Part shown: positions 51,736 through 64,000 of the stretch, one piece after another
Layout: every line of letters starts with the position of its first letter
How positions within the stretch are numbered: position 1 is the first letter of the stretch
NCBI RefSeq assembly: GCF_009914755.1
Contig: NC_060928.1
DNA length: 64,000 nt
Strand: one strand, 5' to 3'
Source: the human T2T-CHM13v2.0 reference genome, Homo sapiens
Translations under genes and position numbers: made by a program
Notes under the pieces: generated by a model
What the model was told of the DNA's origin: nothing
What the model saw: only the letters and a program-made list of their open reading frames with translations
Databases searched by the model: none

Positions 51736-52279
51736 TTTTTTTTTTTTTTTTGCAGTTGCAAGATTTAATAGAGTGAAAACAGAGCTCCCACACAATGGGA
51801 GGGGACGCAAAGGGGATTGCCCACTCCCAGCTCGAATGCCTGGGTTTATATCCCGATCATTGTCCCTCCCCCTGTGCTCTCAGGCGATATATGATTTGAC
51901 TATTTCTTTACCTCCTGCTTTTAGCCTAAGTTGTATTTTAGTGAGCCCTCTTTACTACCTGGTTGGTCGAGTGTGAGCTAAGTTACAAACCCCGTGTTTA
52001 AAGGTGGGTGCATTCACCTTCCCAGCTAGGCTTAGGAATTCTTGGTTGGCCTAGGAAATCCAGCTAGTCCTGGCTCTCAGTCCTCACTCTCAACAGGAAA
52101 ACCCGAGTGCTGTTGGGGAGGTTGGCCGACGATCGCTCTAACTGCTTCCTGCTGAACTGGGGCATAGTAGGGGACGTGCAGTTGAGATTTCCTTGGAAGG
52201 GGTGCCTTCGATGTCATTAACATCAGAACATGGGCTAGCAGGCCAGTCCAGGGGTCTGCGGTAGATCTTAGTCATGGAC
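51736..52279 (-). mobile_element. HERV-W (HERV17/LTR17) processed pseudogene: env tail, PPT, U3-R, poly(A)
   Basis: Minus 52278-52138 encodes SMTKIYRRPLDWPASPCSDVNDIEGTPSKEISTARPLLCPSSAGSS*, like the syncytin-1 C-terminus; LTR starts TGAGAG.CAGGACTAGCTGGATTTCCTAGG at 52079 and ends after ATTAAA at 51752; T16; 17 bp TSD AAGATGCAGTACTTTTT at 51724 and 52280. Confidence 0.93.
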
Positions 52280-53439
52280 AAGATGCAGTACTTTTTAAAG
52301 GGTAGATAAAGATTAAAAATTGAAATATAGTAGTAGTTATTTAAAATCTATACAAAATGAAATGTGTATATGTGTATGTTAGGCTGAATAACTGTCTTGT
52401 AAAGGACATTAATAAATCACTAACTTAAGTAATAATAGATAATTAGTAAGGATTAAAACTAATTCCATCTTTTAAAGGACAAGGAAGTATGGGTTTAGCA
52501 ATTAGAATAGTTAACAAAATGCTGAGGAAAATATTAATAGAAATATTTAATTACTTTGGGCATAAAAATGTGAATAATGTGAGGTTTTTATATATTTAAA
52601 AAATACCAGACAAACATTATTATTTTTCTTAGACATTACTAGATAAGTAGAGGAAGTCTGGAGAATAAATCTGATTTATCCTTATTTTAGCAGAGCACTT
52701 GATGGTCCAATTGTACTTAAAAATTAATTTAAGTTGTTTTGGATATTTGCAGTGTTTAGTTGATTAAGATCTGAGTGAAGTACAGTAACATAGAAAGCAC
52801 AAATACAGGATCATAATGGTAATTTTAGACAATGATTTTAGAAGATAAAATTGGTAAGTGATATGCATACTGAGTGTTTGTATGTGTGTGTGTGTGTTTC
52901 AGGAAAGGTTTAAAGTTAGTTTTTTACTGAAAGGATAATTATCATTCCTTACCTTACTGAGTAGTCTGTTACCTAAAAAGGCAAAATCAAGAACTGTTTT
53001 TGGAAAACAGTTCTTTTAAACAATGGCAGCACTCATTGGTCAAAAGGCAAGAAGTAAAACTTTTATTAGGTAGGAAAAATTAGGAGAAAGAAAAATATTG
53101 CTAATGGCTCTCCATTTGGATAAACATTATATGTTTGTGTCTTTCCCATTATATATTTATATTTCCTAAATGCTTATATCTTTTCTATTCATGATTATTT
53201 TATATGAAAATAATAAATATTATATAGTAATCACTGGTTATTCTATTCCTTAATTTTGGACTAATGCCTTATTATTTAGATGTTTAATATGTCCTTTTCT
53301 TTTTTAGGTATTTGAATAAAGCAAAGCCTCATTTCACACTGTGATTTTTATTCAAGCTAATGTTAAGGCAAAGGTGATCTTTTAACAATGTGCAGCAAAG
53401 TCTGAGATCTATGTTAATTCTACGTATGTTATTTTTCAG

Positions 53440-53512
53440 AAAGAATGCTTTGTGGAACTTGGCTTAAATATAGGACAACTGGGTATAGATGATTCTACAC
53501 AAGTGCCTCCTG
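53440..53512 (+). CDS. TBC1D19: TBC1D19 coding exon (probably exon 9), KECFVELGLNIGQLGIDDSTQVPP(E)
   Basis: TTTTTCAG acceptor, CTG|GTTAGT donor; 73 nt, phase 0 to 1. Confidence 0.93.
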
Positions 53513-54319
53513 GTTAGTATTTTTCCAACGGCATATAATTAATGATAAATGAGAGTGAGCCTAAGGTTTATATTGCTATTTCCAAGTTAATCTAGCAATT
53601 TTTTTATATCTGAAAACTAAGCATGCTTTTGCCTCTCCTTGGTTACTGTTATTTATTGAATAGAATCCTGTATGTTGTAATTATTAGACTTCAACTAAAT
53701 TTTGTCTTTTTATTTGAAAGTCTTTAAAATGATTTTGAAAAGTCATTAGACATATATAAGTCATTTTTGTTGTCAGAATCTTTACTGGCAACATCCTTTC
53801 CTGGCCATCAGCATCTGTTTTTACTTTTGTATCACCAAGTTAAGTGAACACTGACGTCTACCTTGAGTCAACTTAGGCTTTAAAAATAGTGTGTTTTAAA
53901 CCTTAATAATCCAAGCAGTTTTCCTAACTTTTCCCTTTTTGTGCATAAATTCAATGTACTTTTTATTAAATACTACACTGGTATTTAGCTATAATAAAAA
54001 TGAAGTACAAATTTACTTGAAGTATGGGAGCCCCGTATTGTAGTGGAAATAATACTAGATAGGGGTTAGGAGACTATTCTAGTCTTTCCTCTGCCACTGG
54101 CTAACTGTGTAACTTGCACAAGTCACTATGCATCTTTGGACTTGTTTCTTCCTCTATAAAATAAATAAGTTGGCTCTTACCACTATTATAATAGCAATAT
54201 TACATAATTATTACTATTATTATTACTATGTAATCAGAAATAACCATTGGGCACATACTATATGTTGCATCTATATTGTCTCATTTTAACCTCTCAGCAA
54301 CTTTATATGGTATCAATTT

Positions 54320-55070
54320 TCATTTTTAAATACTTTATTAATGTATAATGCATATAAAAGAATACATCTATAATAAGAGGACAGCTTAATGAATTTTTAC
54401 AAATTGAATACACCTATTAAAATACCCAGAACACTAAACAGAAGCCCTCCTCCTACCCTCTTTCAATCTGTAATCCCCATTACAAAGATTACTATTCTGA
54501 TTTCTGGCAGCACAGATTAGTTTTTCAAATTCTTGAACTTCATATGAATAGAAGCATACAGTGTGTCTCTGTGATGTTTGACTTCTTTTGTTCAAATTAT
54601 ATTTGTGACATTTGGCCATGTTGTTATATGTGTTTATAGATCATTTGCTTTCTGGTGTTCCACTGGATGCATATACCACACATTTATTTATCTATTCTAC
54701 GGTTGATAAATATTTGGGAAGTTGCAAGTTTGAGGATAGTACAGATAAGGCTACTATGATCATTCTAGTGTGTGTTTTTTGGTGAACGTATCTATATTCT
54801 GCTGTGGAGTATATACCTGGGAGTGCATTTTCTAGGTCCTAGAAATATTCATTCATTCATTCACTCATATTCATATTTGTATATGTTCATTTTTAGTAAA
54901 TAACTGCCAGTGAGTTTTCAAAAGTGTTAGTACCAGTTTACACTTCCACCAACAATGTGTGAGAGTCGTAGTTTTGTTGTATGTCCTCACTAATGCTTGG
55001 TGTATTTCATCTTTGTCTTAGTCAATCTGGCAGAGTATAGTGGTATTGCAGTATGGTTTTAATTTTCTTA
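54320..55070 (-). mobile_element. Old L1ME/MB-type 3' fragment (approximate)
   Basis: Motifs ACCAGTTTACACTTCCACCAACAATGT and ATATACCACACATTTATTTATC. Confidence 0.5.
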
Positions 55071-56089
55071 TATAATGTGATGTAGGATTATTATCTCCAT
55101 ATTAAAGTAGAGGATGTGGAGATGTTAAGTAACTTGCTCCAGGTCACAAAACTAGTAAGTGGTAGAGCCAGGATTCAAAACTAAGCAATCTGTCTCCAAA
55201 GTCTGCTACCCTGTGCTGCCTCCCTCCTGCCACCTTTGACAGCTTTTTCTTATTTTATAAGAAGATATAAAATATCTTATAAAATAAAATATCTTATACT
55301 TTTATTAATGGCAAATGATAGTCATATAAGAAAAGGAAAGGAAGTAGTAACACAGCCTTGAGTTATATTTTTATTTTTTACTTTTGAAATAATCTTTGAG
55401 TTATTTAAAATTATTCTAAATCTCATAGTATCTATGCTTTAGAAGACTTAATATACTGTATTTTTAAACTACAGTGCAGATTTTCCTTCTTTGATTCATT
55501 CATAATATAACAAATGTGTTTTGAGACCCTGCTGAGGGCCAGGGACTGGTGAATGCAGAGATATACATAGAATACATAGACATAAGACATAATCTCTGCT
55601 TTTAGGGGAAAAAATAGTGGTAAGTGACAGATAAGATACAGTGTGGTATTTGCTGTTATTACATTTAAAGGGCAGTTGGAGCATAGAATACTAAGCCTGC
55701 TTGAAGGAGGCCAATGACCTCTTATTTTATATTTTAGTCTGTGTCTTTCACTTCAATTAAGTTGGAAATGTAATGCTAATGTTTGAAAATGTTGCTAATA
55801 CTTGTGTTTGGCTAGAGGCAAGTTTTTTATATTCAGAATTAAGTTTAAGCGTGGCTTAAGGGAATTGTGTTCTTACGCATCTTTAAAACCTCTGTTACCT
55901 ATGTTTTATCATTACTGCTATTCAATTATTATATTTGAAATGCACTTCTTACTTATGAGCTTTTATATAAAAGTCAGGAGAAAAAGTCCTTACAATTATA
56001 CTATAGAATCCTTATTTAACAATAATAAAAAAAGTCATAGCCATTACTTCTACAAACTCTCATGAACATGCATTGCATTTATTTTAAAT

Positions 56090-56093
<4 letters not shown>

Positions 56094-56122
<29 letters not shown>
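56094..56122. repeat. (CA)n microsatellite
   Basis: Read directly. Confidence 0.95.
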
Positions 56123-56123
<1 letters not shown>

Positions 56124-57659
56124 TTACTATGGAAACCATTTATAAGACTGATGTTAACAGAGTGAGCAAGCTCAGCATTCTTTCATAAGCCTTCATGATA
56201 AAGGAGGTCATATGTCTGATATTATTGTCTGAGTGTACGTAATAATGAATCTTATTAGATGAGGGTTCTACTAAATAGACATTTTCTTTCTAAAAGAAAA
56301 AATCATACTCAGTTAGTGCAGTATTTCCTGAAGTGTTATACTCAGGAGCACTCATAAGATGCCCTGTGAAAAAGAGAATCTTGTTGTCAAATAGGGTTTG
56401 AGAAGGGCTGTATTGTATACCTTCTTAAGATACACAGTGTATGTTACTATCTTGTAAAGACTATGAGAAGTCTTAACTAAATTATTTTAGCTTTGCATCT
56501 TCCAAGATCATTTTAACAGAAGTTTTTTTCCTGAGCAAGATCTATTAATATAGGTGCATCTGTTAACATAATGGTCCTCAGGGCACTCTGAAAAACACAG
56601 AATTAGAGTGTAAGTTGGAGATTTTGGTTCTGACTTTTTAGGCTTCTTATTCTTAGGACAGAAAATAGCATTTAAAAAGCAAAATTATTGTATTTCACAT
56701 AATTGAATAGTTAAATTTTTTAAAGAAGTCTGTTTGATTATTGTTATTTCATACTACTTTGGGTAATAAAGCACTGTTATCATATAGTAATATCCTCTGC
56801 TTTTATTAGAAAATGAGAATTGGCTGGCAACTTATTTTTACTTGATTATTCAACTATTCTTTATTCATTCAGTGAAAATTATGAATATAAAACATTTCTT
56901 GGCATATTATGAGAAGAAAATCTTGAACTGTATAAACTACATTGATTGAAATGAACATAAAGGATTATAATTTTAATCTTAAGAGAAATTTTAACTTAAT
57001 CCTTAGTCAAGGAGGATGAAAAGAATCGAGTTGTTATGGGCAGTTTTGTGATGTGCTTATCAAGATAACTGAGAAGAACCAGTTATGGGGTTCTATGTGA
57101 AAACTGTCTCCAGTGCCTGTAATATACTGTTTGTTATTTTCTGAAAGTTTACTGAACTTCGCCCCACTATAGTATGCTGCAGTATTACATCTGCTGTTTC
57201 ATGCTATTATAGTGTTCACTGAAGCATTGTCTGCTTTGGTCACTAAGTCTCAGAAATCATAGCTGATTAAAATGAAACTGTATTGTTACTATATACATAT
57301 ATATGTAGACTATATATATTTTTATATATAATCATTTTATATATATAAATGATTTATGTTACGGATCCCAGACACTTTCCTTAGTCATTGTATAATCTGT
57401 TCAACTAATTACTTCAGAAATATTAGGACTACAATAAACTAAAAGAATAAGGCATTCTGGCTCAAATACTCTAGTGAAAAAACAGCTTTATGGATTATTT
57501 TTTAAAACTAAAAAATTATCTAATACTGAAAATGTACCACACATACATTAATCTTTCTTTGATTAAGAGAATTCTTCTGATTTTTCTTTAGTGTTGCAAT
57601 TTTATATTTCAAAACTAGAGTTTTCAAGTACTGCAGGTAATAGAAAAATGACTGCTAAT

Positions 57660-58690
57660 TTTTAAATAACTTTTATAGAAGTACAACATACATACTGGAT
57701 AGTATACAAATCACGTATATACAGATCAGTGAATTTTTACAAAGTGAACACACTTGCGTAACCTCCAGCTAGACCGAGAAACAGAATATTACCAGCATCT
57801 CAGAAGCCCCCTTAGGCACACATTCAGATTCTGTCACTCTCATGGGTAAAAACTATTCTGCCTTCTGACATCATAGATTAGTTTTGCTTATTTTTGTACT
57901 TTATAGAAATGAAATCATATAGTATATACTCTTTTGTGTTTGGCTTCTTTTGCTTTTCTTTATAATATTCAAGGTGTTGTAGAGAATTATAAATCATTCA
58001 TTCTCATTGCTGTATTGTAATCTATTGTATGAATATGCCACTATCTAGTATCCTGCTGATGGTATTGATTACATTTTTGGTTATTATCAATGGTGGTGCT
58101 GTGAATATTCTTGTACATGTCTCTTGGTGCACATATGTATGCATTAGGGTTTATAACTGAGAGTGGATTGCTAATTATCATAGGATATGCACATATGTTC
58201 AGTGTTAGTAGCTATTGCTGGACACTTTTCCACAGTGTTTGTACCAAGTTCTACTCCCACTAGCTTTGTATGAGAAATTCATTTGCTCCACATCTTTTAC
58301 ATTTAGAATTGTCAGTCTTTTCATTTTAGCTATTGTGGTGGTTGTGTATTTCATAGTGGTTTTAATTGCATTTCCCTGAAGACCAATGTGGTTGAGCAGC
58401 TTTTCATATGTTTATTGGTCCTTCAGGTCACTCCTTTTGTGAAGAGCCTCTATTTAAGTCTTTTGCCTGTTCGTGTCTGAGAGTCATCTGTCTTTGTCTA
58501 CCAGGAGTTCTTTATATATTCTGAATAGGAGTCTTTTGCCAGATATATGTACAGCAAATATATTCTTCCACTGTGTTACTTACATTTTCGCTCTCTTAAC
58601 AGTGCTTTTGATGAACAGAAGTTTTTTTTTAAAAATGTAATATAGTCTAGTTCATGAATCTTTTTCCATTATGATTTCTACTTAAAAAAA
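57660..58690 (-). mobile_element. Old L1ME-type 3' fragment (approximate)
   Basis: Motifs GTGAATTTTTACAAAGTGAACACAC and GTGGTTTTAATTGCATTTCCCTGA. Confidence 0.5.
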
Positions 58691-58889
58691 TCTCATCATA
58701 GAATCTTTTAAAATGGCATTTGTAGAGCGAGATTTTTCCTATATAGCAGTAAGGCTTTTATTAGATATGCTTTTATTAGATAGCCAATGGTAGATTGGAG
58801 TGGAAGTAGGGTTTTGTAAATGAAGCTGTCAATAAGTTTTGTTTTTCTTTAAGGAAAAAATTAAAGATGAATGAATAGGAACATTTTTG

Positions 58890-59082
58890 TATTATGAGAA
58901 GATGTTTTAACAAAGGGAAAATTCATTCATCAATGTTTTGTTTGATTAAATGCTCATAACTGTTTTAATTTTAAACAAAAAATTGTTTGGCTTTATTATG
59001 AGATGTTTTAACAAAGGGAAAATTCATTCATCAATTTTTTTGTTTGATTAAATGCTCATAACTCTGTTTTAATTTTAAAAAA
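58890..59082. repeat. Tandem duplication, ~90 bp unit with ~104 bp period
   Basis: AGATGTTTTAACAAAGGGAAAATTCATTCATCAAT...GTTTGATTAAATGCTCATAACT occurs twice. Confidence 0.9.
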
Positions 59083-59249
59083 TGTAGAAAAAACTTTTTT
59101 ACATATGAGATATTCTTTAGTTTTCTGTAGAGCCATCTGGCTTTAAAAATCATTAAATGTATCAATACCAGAAAAATGTATCTAATGTTGTTCTAAATGT
59201 GATTGCTCATACTCATGTCTAATAATTTTAATTTTTTTTAAATTTTTAG

Positions 59250-59288
59250 AACTTTTTGAAAATGAGCATGTACGTATTGGGCAAAAAG
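59250..59288 (+). CDS. TBC1D19: TBC1D19 coding exon (probably exon 10), (E)LFENEHVRIGQK(V)
   Basis: TTTTTAG acceptor, AAG|GTAAGC donor; 39 nt, phase 1 to 1. Confidence 0.92.
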
Positions 59289-60519
59289 GTAAGCTTTTAA
59301 TTATAAATGTTATTATTTCTGAAAAGTGAGACAGTCCCAGCTAAATGTCTGCCTCAGATAACCTCCAGGTGAAATTTAATCTCTGAAAAGTGAAAAACCT
59401 AAAGAGGGGTAATATTTAACCATGTAGATTACATAATGAGAATCTTTATAAGTAGGGAAAATGCATCATTTTGGCTTTGTCAATAAATGTCAGAGAAAGA
59501 AGTACACAGCTGGTTCACTAAAAAGGAAATGCAGACACATATTCCTCAGGGATGTTAGCTTAATCCATTCGGCAGTAGAATTTCATTTTAAAATCAAAGA
59601 GGCAGGTTCTGTCTTTGATGCACCCACACACCTCTCATTAGAGTTAATGGGAATATGCTCCCGCATCAGGAGAAAATATAACTGTAATGGTTCCCAGTGA
59701 CCATTCACAGTGGTGTGGCTTAATAACCAAAGTGGCTTTTAGTATTCTGGGGAATAGTTTTTCCCTATCTTTTGAAGATTCTTTTCCTTGTTTTTATAAA
59801 TCCTTTTTTGTCTTTGAGATATGAAGTACAGATTGGTCTTTGTGTCAGAATGAACCTTCTATGGCAATTATATTGTCATGTACCAAATCCCTACTTCAAT
59901 TTTTAAAAATTGTATTTATTTAGAATTTATTTGTATGATTTGACACTTTTATTAAGAGCAATTTCAAATTAAAGAATATGCTTCATCTCTTTTTTATTTC
60001 ATGATTCCTTTGTTTCTTCTGCTCATGTCATTTTCATTTAATATAAGATTTTTTTTAAGAAGAAAATATAAGAAAACAATACTGGTTAGATAAACATTAG
60101 CAGTTGTTTTGATATGTCTTTTTTTGGTTTTGCTTCATTTTGTTTTTTTGGACCTTTATTTCCAGACTGAATAGCTGACATCTTTATTAAAGAAAATAAA
60201 AATTAAAATGAAAGCAAAAGATAACATATTGATTGTGTGAACTTGGCTTTTTAAGAATAATTTGAGCCTTCTTGCAAGGTTATGAGATCTTTGTTTCTAC
60301 GTCTTTAAAAATCCCTGTTTTCTGTTGATTTTGGCAAATAACTAAGAAGTCATTTAATAGAATAGATAGCTAACATTCTTATATATTGTAATTCTTAGGC
60401 ATGAAACTTCATGTACCATACATTTCCAAATATTAGAACATTCATGATGTAGTAGAATATGCATAAGAAATTTGGGGTTTCCGTAGCTATGAATTAACTT
60501 GATAATGGAATCTAAAAAT

Positions 60520-60525
<6 letters not shown>

Positions 60526-60592
<67 letters not shown>
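60526..60592. repeat. Compound (TA)n(CA)n microsatellite
   Basis: Read directly. Confidence 0.95.
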
Positions 60593-60594
<2 letters not shown>

Positions 60595-60892
60595 ACTAGT
60601 TTCAGATCCATGGAGCTATAGTTAAAGCAAAGTGATCTCAAAGTCCTTACATTAAGTCCCTCCTTATCCACACTGGGTAGGAGGTGGAAGAGCTTAAGGC
60701 TTGCAACTGGGAGGGCTGCAAATAGGGCTGTATTGAAATCCAGAGAATAAATTTTAAAAGGTAAAGATACGGTGTAATTATGTTAGATAGAAAGACTGAA
60801 TATCAGCTTCCCAAAAGATTTATAATTGAAGATTTCAGTGATGTTTCTTACATTCTGAGTTTTCAAAGGAGATTTTCATATACTTTTGATAG

Positions 60893-61005
60893 TTCTAGCA
60901 GAACAAGATAGTGCTGCTGCTCAACAGTACATCAGACAAGGAAGTCCCACGGCACTGAGAGCTGAATTGTGGGCTCTCATTTTGAATATTTCCAGCCAAC
61001 CTGAG
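60893..61005 (+). CDS. TBC1D19: TBC1D19 coding exon (probably exon 11), (V)LAEQDSAAAQQYIRQGSPTALRAELWALILNISSQPE; start of the Rab-GAP TBC domain
   Basis: TTTTGATAG acceptor, GAG|GTAAGA donor; 113 nt, phase 1 to 0; G.P..LR..LW is the N-terminal TBC motif. Confidence 0.93.
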
Positions 61006-63552
61006 GTAAGAAGAAAAAAAGGGTGGGTCAGATTTTAGCTTTGGGGTATTTATTTTTCAAAGACCAGTTATTCAAAATTGAAAAAACTTTTGTTTCTTAA
61101 TCTATTATTAACCCCCTTTTTAAATTTTCAAAATCACTATAGTTTTAGGTTCTAAAATAAGATTTAACATATAATTTAATATTGTCTGCTTAATATTGAA
61201 GTTTTTGTTATTAATAATTAATGAAATGGTGTGACCTTACATATACAACAAAACAGTAAGTAAAATTTTGAGAAGTGGAGACTGACAATTTAGATCTGTG
61301 AAGATGTGTGGTTGAATACGGATGTTAGACTACGGAGAAATAAAGAAAGGCAACTCAGGTTAAGTAAATGGATTCTTTGTCCCTATAGGTACTTTTGAAA
61401 TATGCACTATTTTTATGGTTCTAGAAATTGACAGATTAAGTGGGAATGTTATTTTTCTATATGTAAGAACATTTTATTTTAGGAAATATGAATATGAAAA
61501 GAGATCACCAGCAGATGGGTAATAGATTAAATAAAGCAAAACTATGTAAGACATTGATTCTTGAAATATTCTTAGTGGGGATTTTTTTGTTTGTTTTTTG
61601 CTTAAGCCCATTAATCATAGAAGTTATCCATTTAAAAAATTTTAATGAATAGCACACTAATAGTTTTCTAGCCTGGTGTTTAAAAACATGGGTTTTGGAA
61701 TCATACAGACCTGATTTCAACTTCTAGCTCACCCAGCTTACTAGAAATATATCATTGAGCAAGTACTTAAATTTCTTCAAACCTCAGTTAACCCACACTT
61801 AAATATAGGTAATAATATTTATATCACATAATCGTCAGAATTAAATGAAATAACGTACATGTACTTTTAACATAGTGCCTGGAACATAAATGATCACCAT
61901 TAATAAAAGTAATCATAAGAGTTACATATTACATTTAATCATGTTATAAATTAATTATAATTAATAATGATGTTTTTAAAGAAAATCAAATATTATTAAT
62001 ATTGTTATAAAAACTATACCTCTAACCCTTGCAAACTATGTATACGTGCATGTGTGTATACTGTGTTTTAAATCTCCCTCTGAACAGTTCTGTCAAAAAT
62101 CACTTGCTTCCTTTGTGAAACAATAAAGCTTGCAATTTATTTCAGAGCAGTTTTAGACAAATGATATTGCTGACTTTTTATAGTGACACTTTAGAGAAAA
62201 TAGTTTATAAAATAGTTTTGAGTATATATTGGGCCTTTTTTTGGTGAGTGTATCAATTCTTGTAGAAGAAGATACAACTCTTGTCCTGATCTAACTTTGT
62301 AGATGCACTGCCAACTTAACTGTATAGAAATTGTATTAACAAATTCTATCTCTTCGCAGAAGAATCACTGCCATTTCTAAAACAAATTTAGAATATTTCC
62401 AGAAGTATCATCCTAATAACCCCACGTAATAATAAAATAATAATCCCAGGTAATCATTTTTTACAGTGTTCAAAAATCATTTTTACTACTTGTAGGTGTT
62501 TTCTTGTAAAAAGAAAAAAATTTTTAAGGTGATTTTTACCCTTGAATTTTGGAGCTAATAGCCATCTGAGTTTTCTAATTGCAAAGTGACAAGTCTATTC
62601 AATATCTGTAAATAGAAATTAATATTTTCAGGAAAGCAACCCTGATTTTTTTATTAAAGCATCTTTTATCATTTACAGTTAATTTCAGCTATAAAAGTGT
62701 GACCCCAATGAACTATAGCAGTTCCAAAATAATTGTTGTAGGTGGTACTTTAGAGAGAAAGAGAGAAGGAAAAAGAATACTACTTCTTATTAGGAATACC
62801 TTATTAGAATTTTTTGTTGAATCGCTTTTCAATCACATAAAATAAGCTGCACATATAATTGTAGTCATAGTTGAGGAGTTAGACATAAATGGAAGATTCT
62901 ACATTTCACAAACATAAAGCTATTCTTTAAAATCTATTTCAATACAAAGACTTTGGATATAATACTTGTGGTTCCTAGTAGTTAATTCTTTTCATACTTT
63001 GAATAGAATATTATCTAACTTTCATTTTTTAAAGAAAATCTATGATAGGTTTAAGAAGATTGCTTTTGTATATTTCCTTTTCTACGCATTTCTAGGTATG
63101 TGTCAAAATATCCATATTTAGTAAACATTGTTCATATTTTAAAAATTTTTAAATTTCAGTTTGCTAAATTAAAGACAGAAAATGTTCTTCTACTTTTGCT
63201 CTAGGTACTTGCTTACTGATAACAATAGCCAAGACTAATATTAACATTTAAGATTTTCTTTAATAATTTCTTAGGAAGGTTCTTACAACCTTACATTGGC
63301 TCTTAACAATGCCTGATCTGCCTAGATTTTTGTGGTCAGCTCACTTAGTCTTCACGGTGCCTGTTTCTGACCTTCACTCTCTTCAGTCCCTTCTCTTCAG
63401 TCTTAGCAAAATACTTAACCTCCTGATACTTAGAGAAAACAGAAGTCATCATTAGAAATTCATTCAAATTCTTCCTGCCAAACTTGTAAACTTAATTGCA
63501 TCAGTACCTGGTCCTTTCCTCAACTACTTTTACTTAAATGGAAGAAATGTCA

Positions 63553-63883
<331 letters not shown>

Positions 63884-64000
63884 TTAACCTCATTGACTAT
63901 TCCTTTATTGACATATTCCTTTGCTTTTGTGACACAGTGCTCTTTCTGGCATTCTTCATTTGTGGAGGGTCTTCTTTGTCTTATCAGTTAGGATTCTTGA

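Noticed and set aside
57290-57352. AT-rich quasi-palindrome as a structured RNA
   Set aside because: Low-complexity (TA)n sequence; self-complementarity is expected by chance

Overview
Human genomic DNA (it carries a near-consensus, human-specific AluYa5). The window is the interior of the + strand gene TBC1D19: ten short GT-AG coding exons (probably exons 2-11, 717 nt) splice in frame to 239 aa (ASLQRPEIK...NISSQPE). Nearly all long ORFs in the track are LINE-1, Alu or Tigger remnants, not genes. The introns hold the interesting structure. (1) Two full-length L1s of different subfamilies lie tail-to-tail about 2.4 kb apart and share many non-consensus substitutions in patches, which suggests repeated gene conversion between inverted repeats; their matched TSDs argue against a net inversion. 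(2) The minus-strand L1 carries a ~380 bp 3' transduction, shown by a displaced TSD and a second AATAAA/poly(A). (3) A BC200 retrocopy sits inside that L1 and an AluYa5 inside the other. (4) There is an L1-mobilised HERV-W env-U3-R-poly(A) processed pseudogene, a twin-primed 5'-inverted L1, a GAA/GAAGGA repeat grown from an L1 poly(A) tail, and a full-length Tigger2. Repeat subfamily and gene calls come from remembered consensus sequences, not from a database search. I see no wholly new gene system.
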